A program made the translations under genes and the position numbers. Positions 28,001 through 40,000 of a stretch of 64,000 nucleotides of DNA are shown piece by piece. The notes beneath the pieces are model-generated. The model saw only the letters and a list, made by a program, of their open reading frames with translations, ran no database searches and had not been told where the DNA came from. Origin of the DNA: the human T2T-CHM13v2.0 reference genome, Homo sapiens; the NCBI RefSeq assembly GCF_009914755.1, contig NC_060938.1. One strand, 5' to 3'. The first letter of the stretch is position 1; each line of letters opens with the position of its first letter.

Positions 28001-31000
28001 AATGCAAACATCACAAAGACGTTTCTGAGAATGCTTCTGTCTAGATTTGATATGAAGATATTCCCGTTTCCAACGAAATCTTCAAATCTATCCAAATGTC
28101 CACTTGCAGATTCAACAAAAAGTGTTTTTCAGAACTGCTCTATCAAAAGAAAGATCCACCTCTGTTAGCTGAGTTCAGACATCACAAACAAGTTTATGAG
28201 AATGCTTCTGTCTAGTTTTTATTTGAAGATATTTCCTTTCTCAACATAGACCTGAAAGCTGTCCTAATGTTCACTTCCAGTTACTACAGAGTGTTTCAAA
28301 ACTGCTGTACGAAAGGGAATGTTCAACTCTGTGACTTGAATGCACACATCACAAAGAAGTTTCTGAGGATGCTGCTGTCTACTTTTTATACTTAATCCCG
28401 TTTCCAACGAAATCCTCCAAGCTATCCAAATATCCACTTGCAGATTCCACAGAAAGACTGTTTCAAAACTGCTCTGTCAATAGAAAGGTTCAACTCTGTT
28501 AGCTGCGTGCATATATCCCAAAGAAGATTCTGAGATTGCTTCTGTCTAGTTTTTATGGGAAGATATTTCCCTTTTCACCGTAGGCGTCAAGGCGCTCCAA
28601 ATGTCCACTTCCAGATACTACAAAAAGAGTGTTTCAAACCTACTCTGTGAAAGGGAATATTCAACTCTGTGACTTGAATGCACATATCACAAGGAAGTTT
28701 CTGAGAATGCTTCTGTCGAGATTTTATATGAAGATATTCCCGTTTCCAACGAAATCCTGAAATCTATCCAAATATCCCCTCGCAGATTCTACAAAAAGAG
28801 TGTTTCAAAACTGCTCTGTAAAAAGAAAGGTTCAACTCTGTTAGTTGAGTACACACATCACAAACAAGTTTCACAGAATGCTTCTTTCTAGCTTGTAGGG
28901 GAAGATATTCCCTTTATCACCATGGGCCTCAAACCGTCCGATAAGTCCACTTCCATATACTACAAAAAGAGCGTTTCAAACCTGCTCTATGAAAGGCAAT
29001 GTTCAACTCTGTGACTTGAATGCAGACATCACAGAGCAGTTTCTGAGAATGCTTCTGTCTAGATTTTATAGGAAGATATTCCCGTTTCCAACGAAATCTT
29101 CACAGCTATCCAAATATCCACTTGCAGATTCTACAAAAAGAGTGTATCAAAACTGCTCTGTCAAAAGGAAGGTTCTTCTCTGTTAGGTGAGTGCATACGT
29201 CATAAAGGAGTTTCTGAGAATGTTTCTGTCTAGTGGTTATGGGAAGATATTTGCTTTTTCCCCGTAGGCCTCAGGGCGCTCCAAATGTCCACTTGCACAT
29301 GCTACAAAAAGAGTGCTTCAAAGCTGCTCTCTGAAAGGGAATGTTCAACTCTATGAGTTGAATGCAAACATCGCAAAGACGTTTCTGAGAATGCTTCTGT
29401 CTAGATTTGATATGAAGATATTCCCGTTTCCAACGAAATCTTCAAATCTATCCAAATGTCCACTTGCAGATTCAACAAAAAGTGTTTTTCAGAACTGCTC
29501 TATCAAAAGAAAGATCCACCTCTGTTAGCTGAGTTCAGACATCACAAACAAGTTTATGAGAATGCTTCTGTCTAGTTTTTATTTGAAGATATTTCCTTTC
29601 TCACCATAGACCTGAAAGCTGTCCTAATGTTCACTTCCAGTTACTACAGAAAGAGTATTTCAAAACTGCTGTACGAAAGGGAATGTTCAACTCTGTGACT
29701 TGAATGCACACATCACAAAGAAGTTTCTGAGGATGCTGCTGTCTACTTTTTATACTTAATCCCGTTTCCAACGAAATCCTCCAAGCTATCCAAATATCCA
29801 CTTGCAGATTCCACAGAAAGACTGTTTCAAAACTGCTCTGTCAATAGAAAGGTTCAACTCTGTTAGCTGCGTGCATATATCCCAAAGCAGATTCTGAGAT
29901 TGCTTCTGTCTAGTTTTTATGGGAAGATATTTCCCTTTTCACCGTAGGCGTCAAGGCGCTCCAAATGTCCACTTCCAGATACTACAAAAAGAGTGTTTCA
30001 AACCTACTCTGTGAAAGGGAATATTCAACTCTGTGACTTGAATGCACATATCACAAGGAAGTTTCTGAGAATGCTTCTGTCGAGATTTTATATGAAGATA
30101 TTCCCGTTTCCAACGAAATCCTGAAATCTATCCAAATATCCCCTCGCAGATTCTACAAAAAGAGTGTTTCAAAACTGCTCTTTAAAAAGAAAGGTTCAAC
30201 TCTGTTAGTTGAGTACACACATCACAAACAAGTTTCACAGAATGCTTCTTTCTAGCTTGTAGGGGAAGATATTCCCTTTATCACCATGGGCCTCAAACCG
30301 TCCGATAAGTCCACTTCCATATACTACAAAAAGAGCGTTTCAAACCTGCTCTATGAAAGGCAACGTTCAACTCTGTGACTTGAATGCAGACATCACAGAG
30401 CAGTTTCTGAGAATGCTTCTGTCTAGATTTTATAGGAAGATATTCCCGTTTCCAACGAAATCTTCACAGCTATCCAAATATCCACTTGCAGATTCTACAA
30501 AAAGAGTGTATCAAAACTGCTCTGTCAAAAGGAAGGTTCTTCTCTGTTAGGTGAGTGCATACGTCATAAAGGAGTTTCTGAGAATGTTTCTGTCTAGTGG
30601 TTATGGGAAGATATTTGCTTTTTCCCCGTAGGCCTCAGGGCGCTCCAAATGTCCACTTGCACATGCTACAAAAAGAGTGCTTCAAAGCTGCTCTCTGAAA
30701 GGGAATGTTCAACTCTATGAGTTGAATGCAAACATCGCAAAGACGTTTCTGAGAATGCTTCTGTCTAGATTTGATATGAAGATATTCCCGTTTCCAACGA
30801 AATCTTCAAATCTATCCAAATGTCCACTTGCAGATTCAACAAAAAGTGTTTTTCAGAACTGCTCTATCAAAAGAAAGATCCACCTCTGTTAGCTGAGTTC
30901 AGACATCACAAACAAGTTTATGAGAATGCTTCTGTCTAGTTTTTATTTGAAGATATTTCCTTTCTCACCATAGACCTGAAAGCTGTCCTAATGTTCACTT

Positions 31001-34000
31001 CCAGTTACTACAGAGTGTTTCAAAACTGCTGTACGAAAGGGAATGTTCAACTCTGTGACTTGAATGCACACATCACAAAGAAGTTTCTGAGGATGCTGCT
31101 GTCTACTTTTTATACTTAATCCCGTTTCCAACGAAATCCTCCAAGCTATCCAAATATCCACTTGCAGATTCCACAGAAAGACTGTTTCAAAACTGCTCTG
31201 TCAATAGAAAGGTTCAACTCTGTTAGCTGCGTGCATATATCCCAAAGCAGATTCTGAGATTGCTTCTGTCTAGTTTTTATGGGAAGATATTTCCCTTTTC
31301 ACCGTAGGCGTCAAGGCGCTCCAAATGTCCACTTCCAGATACTACAAAAAGAGTGTTTCAAACCTACTCTGTGAAAGGGAATATTCAACTCTGTGACTTG
31401 AATGCACATATCACAAGGAAGTTTCTGAGAATGCTTCTGTCGAGATTTTATATGAAGATATTCCCGTTTCCAACGAAATCCTGAAATCTATCCAAATATC
31501 CCCTCGCAGATTCTACAAAAAGAGTGTTTCAAAACTGCTCTTTAAAAAGAAAGGTTCAACTCTGTTAGTTGAGTACACACATCACAAACAAGTTTCACAG
31601 AATGCTTCTTTCTAGCTTGTAGGGGAAGATATTCCCTTTATCACCATGGGCCTCAAACCGTCCGATAAGTCCACTTCCATATACTACAAAAAGAGCGTTT
31701 CAAACCTGCTCTATGAAAGGCAACGTTCAACTCTGTGACTTGAATGCAGACATCACAGAGCAGTTTCTGAGAATGCTTCTGTCTAGATTTTATAGGAAGA
31801 TATTCCCGTTTCCAACGAAATCTTCACAGCTATCCAAATATCCACTTGCAGATTCTACAAAAAGAGTGTATCAAAACTGCTCTGTCAAAAGGAAGGTTCT
31901 TCTCTGTTAGGTGAGTGCATACGTCATAAAGGAGTTTCTGAGAATGTTTCTGTCTAGTGGTTATGGGAAGATATTTGCTTTTTCCCCGTAGGCCTCAGGG
32001 CGCTCCAAATGTCCACTTGCACATGCTACAAAAAGAGTGCTTCAAAGCTGCTCTCTGAAAGGGAATGTTCAACTCTATGAGTTGAATGCAAACATCACAA
32101 AGACGTTTCTGAGAATGCTTCTGTCTAGATTTGATATGAAGATATTCCCGTTTCCAACGAAATCTTCAAATCTATCCAAATGTCCACTTGCAGATTCAAC
32201 AAAAAGTGTTTTTCAGAACTGCTCTATCAAAAGAAAGATCCACCTCTGTTAGCTGAGTTCAGACATCACAAACAAGTTTATGAGAATGCTTCTGTCTAGT
32301 TTTTATTTGAAGATATTTCCTTTCTCACCATAGACCTGAAAGCTGTCCTAATGTTCACTTCCAGTTACTACAGAAAGAGTATTTCAAAACTGCTGTACGA
32401 AAGGGAATGTTCAACTCTGTGACTTGAATGCACACATCACAAAGAAGTTTCTGAGGATGCTGCTGTCTACTTTTTATACTTAATCCCGTTTCCAACGAAA
32501 TCCTCCAAGCTATCCAAATATCCACTTGCAGATTCCACAGAAAGACTGTTTCAAAACTGCTCTGTCAATAGAAAGGTTCAACTCTGTTAGCTGCGTGCAT
32601 ATATCCCAAAGCAGATTCTGAGATTGCTTCTGTCTAGTTTTTATGGGAAGATATTTCCCTTTTCACCGTAGGCGTCAAGGCGCTCCAAATGTCCACTTCC
32701 AGATACTACAAAAAGAGTGTTTCAAACCTACTCTGTGAAAGGGAATATTCAACTCTGTGACTTGAATGCACATATCACAAGGAAGTTTCTGAGAATGCTT
32801 CTGTCGAGATTTTATATGAAGATATTCCCGTTTCCAACGAAATCCTGAAATCTATCCAAATATCCCCTCGCAGATTCTACAAAAAGAGTGTTTCAAAACT
32901 GCTCTTTAAAAAGAAAGGTTCAACTCTGTTAGTTGAGTACACACATCACAAACAAGTTTCACAGAATGCTTCTTTCTAGCTTGTAGGGGAAGATATTCCC
33001 TTTATCACCATGGGCCTCAAACCGTCCGATAAGTCCACTTCCATATACTACAAAAAGAGCGTTTCAAACCTGCTCTATGAAAGGCAACGTTCAACTCTGT
33101 GACTTGAATGCAGACATCACAGAGCAGTTTCTGAGAATGCTTCTGTCTAGATTTTATAGGAAGATATTCCCGTTTCCAACGAAATCTTCACAGCTATCCA
33201 AATATCCACTTGCAGATTCTACAAAAAGAGTGTATCAAAACTGCTCTGTCAAAAGGAAGGTTCTTCTCTGTTAGGTGAGTGCATACGTCATAAAGGAGTT
33301 TCTGAGAATGTTTCTGTCTAGTGGTTATGGGAAGATATTTGCTTTTTCCCCGTAGGCCTCAGGGCGCTCCAAATGTCCACTTGCACATGCTACAAAAAGA
33401 GTGCTTCAAAGCTGCTCTCTGAAAGGGAATGTTCAACTCTATGAGTTGAATGCAAACATCACAAAGACGTTTCTGAGAATGCTTCTGTCTAGATTTGATA
33501 TGAAGATATTCCCGTTTCCAACGAAATCTTCAAATCTATCCAAATGTCCACTTGCAGATTCAACAAAAAGTGTTTTTCAGAACTGCTCTATCAAAAGAAA
33601 GATCCACCTCTGTTAGCTGAGTTCAGACATCACAAACAAGTTTATGAGAATGCTTCTGTCTAGTTTTTATTTGAAGATATTTCCTTTCTCACCATAGACC
33701 TGAAAGCTGTCCTAATGTTCACTTCCAGTTACTACAGAGTGTTTCAAAACTGCTGTACGAAAGGGAATGTTCAACTCTGTGACTTGAATGCACACATCAC
33801 AAAGAAGTTTCTGAGGATGCTGCTGTCTACTTTTTATACTTAATCCCGTTTCCAACGAAATCCTCCAAGCTATCCAAATATCCACTTGCAGATTCCACAG
33901 AAAGACTGTTTCAAAACTGCTCTGTCAATAGAAAGGTTCAACTCTGTTAGCTGCGTGCATATATCCCAAAGCAGATTCTGAGATTGCTTCTGTCTAGTTT

Positions 34001-37000
34001 TTATGGGAAGATATTTCCCTTTTCACCGTAGGCGTCAAGGCGCTCCAAATGTCCACTTCCAGATACTACAAAAAGAGTGTTTCAAACCTACTCTGTGAAA
34101 GGGAATATTCAACTCTGTGACTTGAATGCACATATCACAAGGAAGTTTCTGAGAATGCTTCTGTCGAGATTTTATATGAAGATATTCCCGTTTCCAACGA
34201 AATCCTGAAATCTATCCAAATATCCCCTCGCAGATTCTACAAAAAGAGTGTTTCAAAACTGCTCTTTAAAAAGAAAGGTTCAACTCTGTTAGTTGAGTAC
34301 ACACATCACAAACAAGTTTCACAGAATGCTTCTTTCTAGCTTGTAGGGGAAGATATTCCCTTTATCACCATGGGCCTCAAACCGTCCGATAAGTCCACTT
34401 CCATATACTACAAAAAGAGCGTTTCAAACCTGCTCTATGAAAGGCAACGTTCAACTCTGTGACTTGAATGCAGACATCACAGAGCAGTTTCTGAGAATGC
34501 TTCTGTCTAGATTTTATAGGAAGATATTCCCGTTTCCAACGAAATCTTCACAGCTATCCAAATATCCACTTGCAGATTCTACAAAAAGAGTGTATCAAAA
34601 CTGCTCTGTCAAAAGGAAGGTTCTTCTCTGTTAGGTGAGTGCATACGTCATAAAGGAGTTTCTGAGAATGTTTCTGTCTAGTGGTTATGGGAAGATATTT
34701 GCTTTTTCCCCGTAGGCCTCAGGGCGCTCCAAATGTCCACTTGCACATGCTACAAAAAGAGTGCTTCAAAGCTGCTCTCTGAAAGGGAATGTTCAACTCT
34801 ATGAGTTGAATGCAAACATCACAAAGACGTTTCTGAGAATGCTTCTGTCTAGATTTGATATGAAGATATTCCCGTTTCCAACGAAATCTTCAAATCTATC
34901 CAAATGTCCACTTGCAGATTCAACAAAAAGTGTTTTTCAGAACTGCTCTATCAAAAGAAAGATCCACCTCTGTTAGCTGAGTTCAGACATCACAAACAAG
35001 TTTATGAGAATGCTTCTGTCTAGTTTTTATTTGAAGATATTTCCTTTCTCACCATAGACCTGAAAGCTGTCCTAATGTTCACTTCCAGTTACTACAGAGT
35101 GTTTCAAAACTGCTGTACGAAAGGGAATGTTCAACTCTGTGACTTGAATGCACACATCACAAAGAAGTTTCTGAGGATGCTGCTGTCTACTTTTTATACT
35201 TAATCCCGTTTCCAACGAAATCCTCCAAGCTATCCAAATATCCACTTGCAGATTCCACAGAAAGACTGTTTCAAAACTGCTCTGTCAATAGAAAGGTTCA
35301 ACTCTGTTAGCTGCGTGCATATATCCCAAAGAAGATTCTGAGATTGCTTCTGTCTAGTTTTTATGGGAAGATATTTCCCTTTTCACCGTAGGCGTCAAGG
35401 CGCTCCAAATGTCCACTTCCAGATACTACAAAAAGAGTGTTTCAAACCTACTCTGTGAAAGGGAATATTCAACTCTGTGACTTGAATGCACATATCACAA
35501 GGAAGTTTCTGAGAATGCTTCTGTCGAGATTTTATATGAAGATATTCCCGTTTCCAACGAAATCCTGAAATCTATCCAAATATCCCCTCGCAGATTCTAC
35601 AAAAAGAGTGTTTCAAAACTGCTCTTTAAAAAGAAAGGTTCAACTCTGTTAGTTGAGTACACACATCACAAACAAGTTTCACAGAATGCTTCTTTCTAGC
35701 TTGTAGGGGAAGATATTCCCTTTATCACCATGGGCCTCAAACCGTCCGATAAGTCCACTTCCATATACTACAAAAAGAGCGTTTCAAACCTGCTCTATGA
35801 AAGGCAACGTTCAACTCTGTGACTTGAATGCAGACATCACAGAGCAGTTTCTGAGAATGCTTCTGTCTAGATTTTATAGGAAGATATTCCCGTTTCCAAC
35901 GAAATCTTCACAGCTATCCAAATATCCACTTGCAGATTCTACAAAAAGAGTGTATCAAAACTGCTCTGTCAAAAGGAAGGTTCTTCTCTGTTAGGTGAGT
36001 GCATACGTCATAAAGGAGTTTCTGAGAATGTTTCTGTCTAGTGGTTATGGGAAGATATTTGCTTTTTCCCCGTAGGCCTCAGGGCGCTCCAAATGTCCAC
36101 TTGCACATGCTACAAAAAGAGTGCTTCAAAGCTGCTCTCTGAAAGGGAATGTTCAACTCTATGAGTTGAATGCAAACATCGCAAAGACGTTTCTGAGAAT
36201 GCTTCTGTCTAGATTTGATATGAAGATATTCCCGTTTCCAACGAAATCTTCAAATCTATCCAAATGTCCACTTGCAGATTCAACAAAAAGTGTTTTTCAG
36301 AACTGCTCTATCAAAAGAAAGATCCACCTCTGTTAGCTGAGTTCAGACATCACAAACAAGTTTATGAGAATGCTTCTGTCTAGTTTTTATTTGAAGATAT
36401 TTCCTTTCTCACCATAGACCTGAAAGCTGTCCTAATGTTCACTTCCAGTTACTACAGAAAGAGTATTTCAAAACTGCTGTACGAAAGGGAATGTTCAACT
36501 CTGTGACTTGAATGCACACATCACAAAGAAGTTTCTGAGGATGCTGCTGTCTACTTTTTATACTTAATCCCGTTTCCAACGAAATCCTCCAAGCTATCCA
36601 AATATCCACTTGCAGATTCCACAGAAAGACTGTTTCAAAACTGCTCTGTCAATAGAAAGGTTCAACTCTGTTAGCTGCGTGCATATATCCCAAAGCAGAT
36701 TCTGAGATTGCTTCTGTCTAGTTTTTATGGGAAGATATTTCCCTTTTCACCGTAGGCGTCAAGGCGCTCCAAATGTCCACTTCCAGATACTACAAAAAGA
36801 GTGTTTCAAACCTACTCTGTGAAAGGGAATATTCAACTCTGTGACTTGAATGCACATATCACAAGGAAGTTTCTGAGAATGCTTCTGTCGAGATTTTATA
36901 TGAAGATATTCCCGTTTCCAACGAAATCCTGAAATCTATCCAAATATCCCCTCGCAGATTCTACAAAAAGAGTGTTTCAAAACTGCTCTGTAAAAAGAAA

Positions 37001-40000
37001 GGTTCAACTCTGTTAGTTGAGTACACACATCACAAACAAGTTTCACAGAATGCTTCTTTCTAGCTTGTAGGGGAAGATATTCCCTTTATCACCATGGGCC
37101 TCAAACCGTCCGATAAGTCCACTTCCATATACTACAAAAAGAGCGTCTCAAACCTGCTCTATGAAAGGCAACGTTCAACTCTGTGACTTGAATGCAGACA
37201 TCACAGAGCAGTTTCTGAGAATGCTTCTGTCTAGATTTTATAGGAAGATATTCCCGTTTCCAACGAAATCTTCACAGCTATCCAAATATCCACTTGCAGA
37301 TTCTACAAAAAGAGTGTATCAAAACTGCTCTGTCAAAAGGAAGGTTCTTCTCTGTTAGGTGAGTGCATACGTCATAAAGGAGTTTCTGAGAATGTTTCTG
37401 TCTAGTGGTTATGGGAAGATATTTGCTTTTTCCCCGTAGGCCTCAGAGCGCTCCAAATATCCACTTGCACATACTACAAAAAGAGTGCCTCAAAGCTGCT
37501 CTCTGAAACGGAATGTTCAACTCTATGAGTTGAATGCAAACATCGCAAAGACGTTTCTGAGAATGCTTCTGTCTAGATTTGATATGAAGATATTCCCGTT
37601 TCCAACGAAATCTTCAAATCTATCCAAATGTCCACTTGCAGATTCAACAAAAAGTGTTTTTCAGAACTGCTCTATCAAAAGAAAGATCCACCTCTGTTAG
37701 CTGAGTTCACACATCACAAACAAGTTTATGAGAATGCTTCTGTCTAGTTTTTATTTGAAGATATTTCCTTTCTCACCATAGAGCTGAAAGCTGTCCTAAT
37801 GTTCACTTCCAGATACTACAGAAAGAGTGTTTCAAAACTGCTGTACGAAAGGGAATGTTCAACTCTGTGACTTGAATGCACACATCACAAAGAAGTTTCT
37901 GAGGATGCTGCTGTCTACTTTTTATACGTAATCCCGTTTCCAACGAAATCCTCCAAGCTATCCAAATATCCACTTGCAGATTCCACAGAAAGACTGTTTC
38001 AAAACTGCTCTGTCAATAGAAAGGTTCAACTCTGTTAGCTGCGTGCATATATCCCAAAGAAGATTCTGAGATTGCTTCTGTCTAGTTTTTATGGGAAGAT
38101 ATTTCCCTTTTCACCGTAGGTGTCAAGGCGCTCCAAATGTCCACTTCCAGATACTACAAAAAGAGTGTTTCAAACCTACTCTGTGAAAGGGAATATTCAA
38201 CTCTGTGACTTGAATGCACATATCACAAAGAAGTTTCTGAGAATGCTTCTGTCGAGATTTTATATGAAGATATTCCCGTTTCCAACGAAATGCTGAAATC
38301 TATCCAAATATCCCCTCGCAGATTCTACAAAAAGAGTGTTTCAAAACTGCTCTGTGAAAAGAAAGGTTCAATTCTGTTAGTTGAGTACACACATCACAAA
38401 CAAGTTTCACAGAATGCTTCTTTCTAGCTTGTAGGGGAAGATATTCCCTTTATCACCATGGGCCTCAAACCGTCCGAAAAGTCCACTTCCATATACTACA
38501 AAAAGAGCGTTTCAAACCTGCTCTATGAAAGGCAATGTTCAACTCTGTGACTTGAATGCAGACATCACAGAGCAGTTTCTGAGAATGCTTCTGTCTAGAT
38601 TTTATAGGAAGATATTCCCGTTTCCAACGAAATCTTCACAGCTATCCAAATATCCACTTGCAGATTCTACAAAAAGAGTGTATCAAAACTGCTCTGTCAA
38701 AAGGAAGGTTCTTCTCTGTTAGGTGAGTGCATACGTCATAAAGGAGTTTCTGAGAATGTTTCTGTCTAGTGGTTATGGGAAGATATTTGCTTTTTCCCCG
38801 TAGGCCTCAGGGCGCTCCAAATGTCCACTTGCACATGCTACAAAAAGAGTGCTTCAAAGCTGCTCTCTGAAAGGGAATGTTCAACTCTATGAGTTGAATG
38901 CAAACATCGCAAAGACGTTTCTGAGAATGCTTCTGTCTAGATTTGATATGAAGATATTCCCGTTTCCAACGAAATCTTCAAATCTATCCAAATGTCCACT
39001 TGCAGATTCAACAAAAAGTGTTTTTCAGAACTGCTCTATCAAAAGAAAGATCCACCTCTGTTAGCTGAGTTCAGACATCACAAACAAGTTTATGAGAATG
39101 CTTCTGTCTAGTTTTTATTTGAAGATATTTCCTTTCTCACCATAGACCTGAAAGCTGTCCTAATGTTCACTTCCAGTTACTACAGAAAGAGTATTTCAAA
39201 ACTGCTGTACGAAAGGGAATGTTCAACTCTGTGACTTGAATGCACACATCACAAAGAAGTTTCTGAGGATGCTGCTGTCTACTTTTTATACTTAATCCCG
39301 TTTCCAACGAAATCCTCCAAGCTATCCAAATATCCACTTGCAGATTCCACAGAAAGACTGTTTCAAAACTGCTCTGTCAATAGAAAGGTTCAACTCTGTT
39401 AGCTGCGTGCATATATCCCAAAGCAGATTCTGAGATTGCTTCTGTCTAGTTTTTATGGGAAGATATTTCCCTTTTCACCGTAGGCGTCAAGGCGCTCCAA
39501 ATGTCCACTTCCAGATACTACAAAAAGAGTGTTTCAAACCTACTCTGTGAAAGGGAATATTCAACTCTGTGACTTGAATGCACATATCACAAGGAAGTTT
39601 CTGAGAATGCTTCTGTCGAGATTTTATATGAAGATATTCCCGTTTCCAACGAAATCCTGAAATCTATCCAAATATCCCCTCGCAGATTCTACAAAAAGAG
39701 TGTTTCAAAACTGCTCTTTAAAAAGAAAGGTTCAACTCTGTTAGTTGAGTACACACATCACAAACAAGTTTCACAGAATGCTTCTTTCTAGCTTGTAGGG
39801 GAAGATATTCCCTTTATCACCATGGGCCTCAAACCGTCCGATAAGTCCACTTCCATATACTACAAAAAGAGCGTTTCAAACCTGCTCTATGAAAGGCAAC
39901 GTTCAACTCTGTGACTTGAATGCAGACATCACAGAGCAGTTTCTGAGAATGCTTCTGTCTAGATTTTATAGGAAGATATTCCCGTTTCCAACGAAATCTT

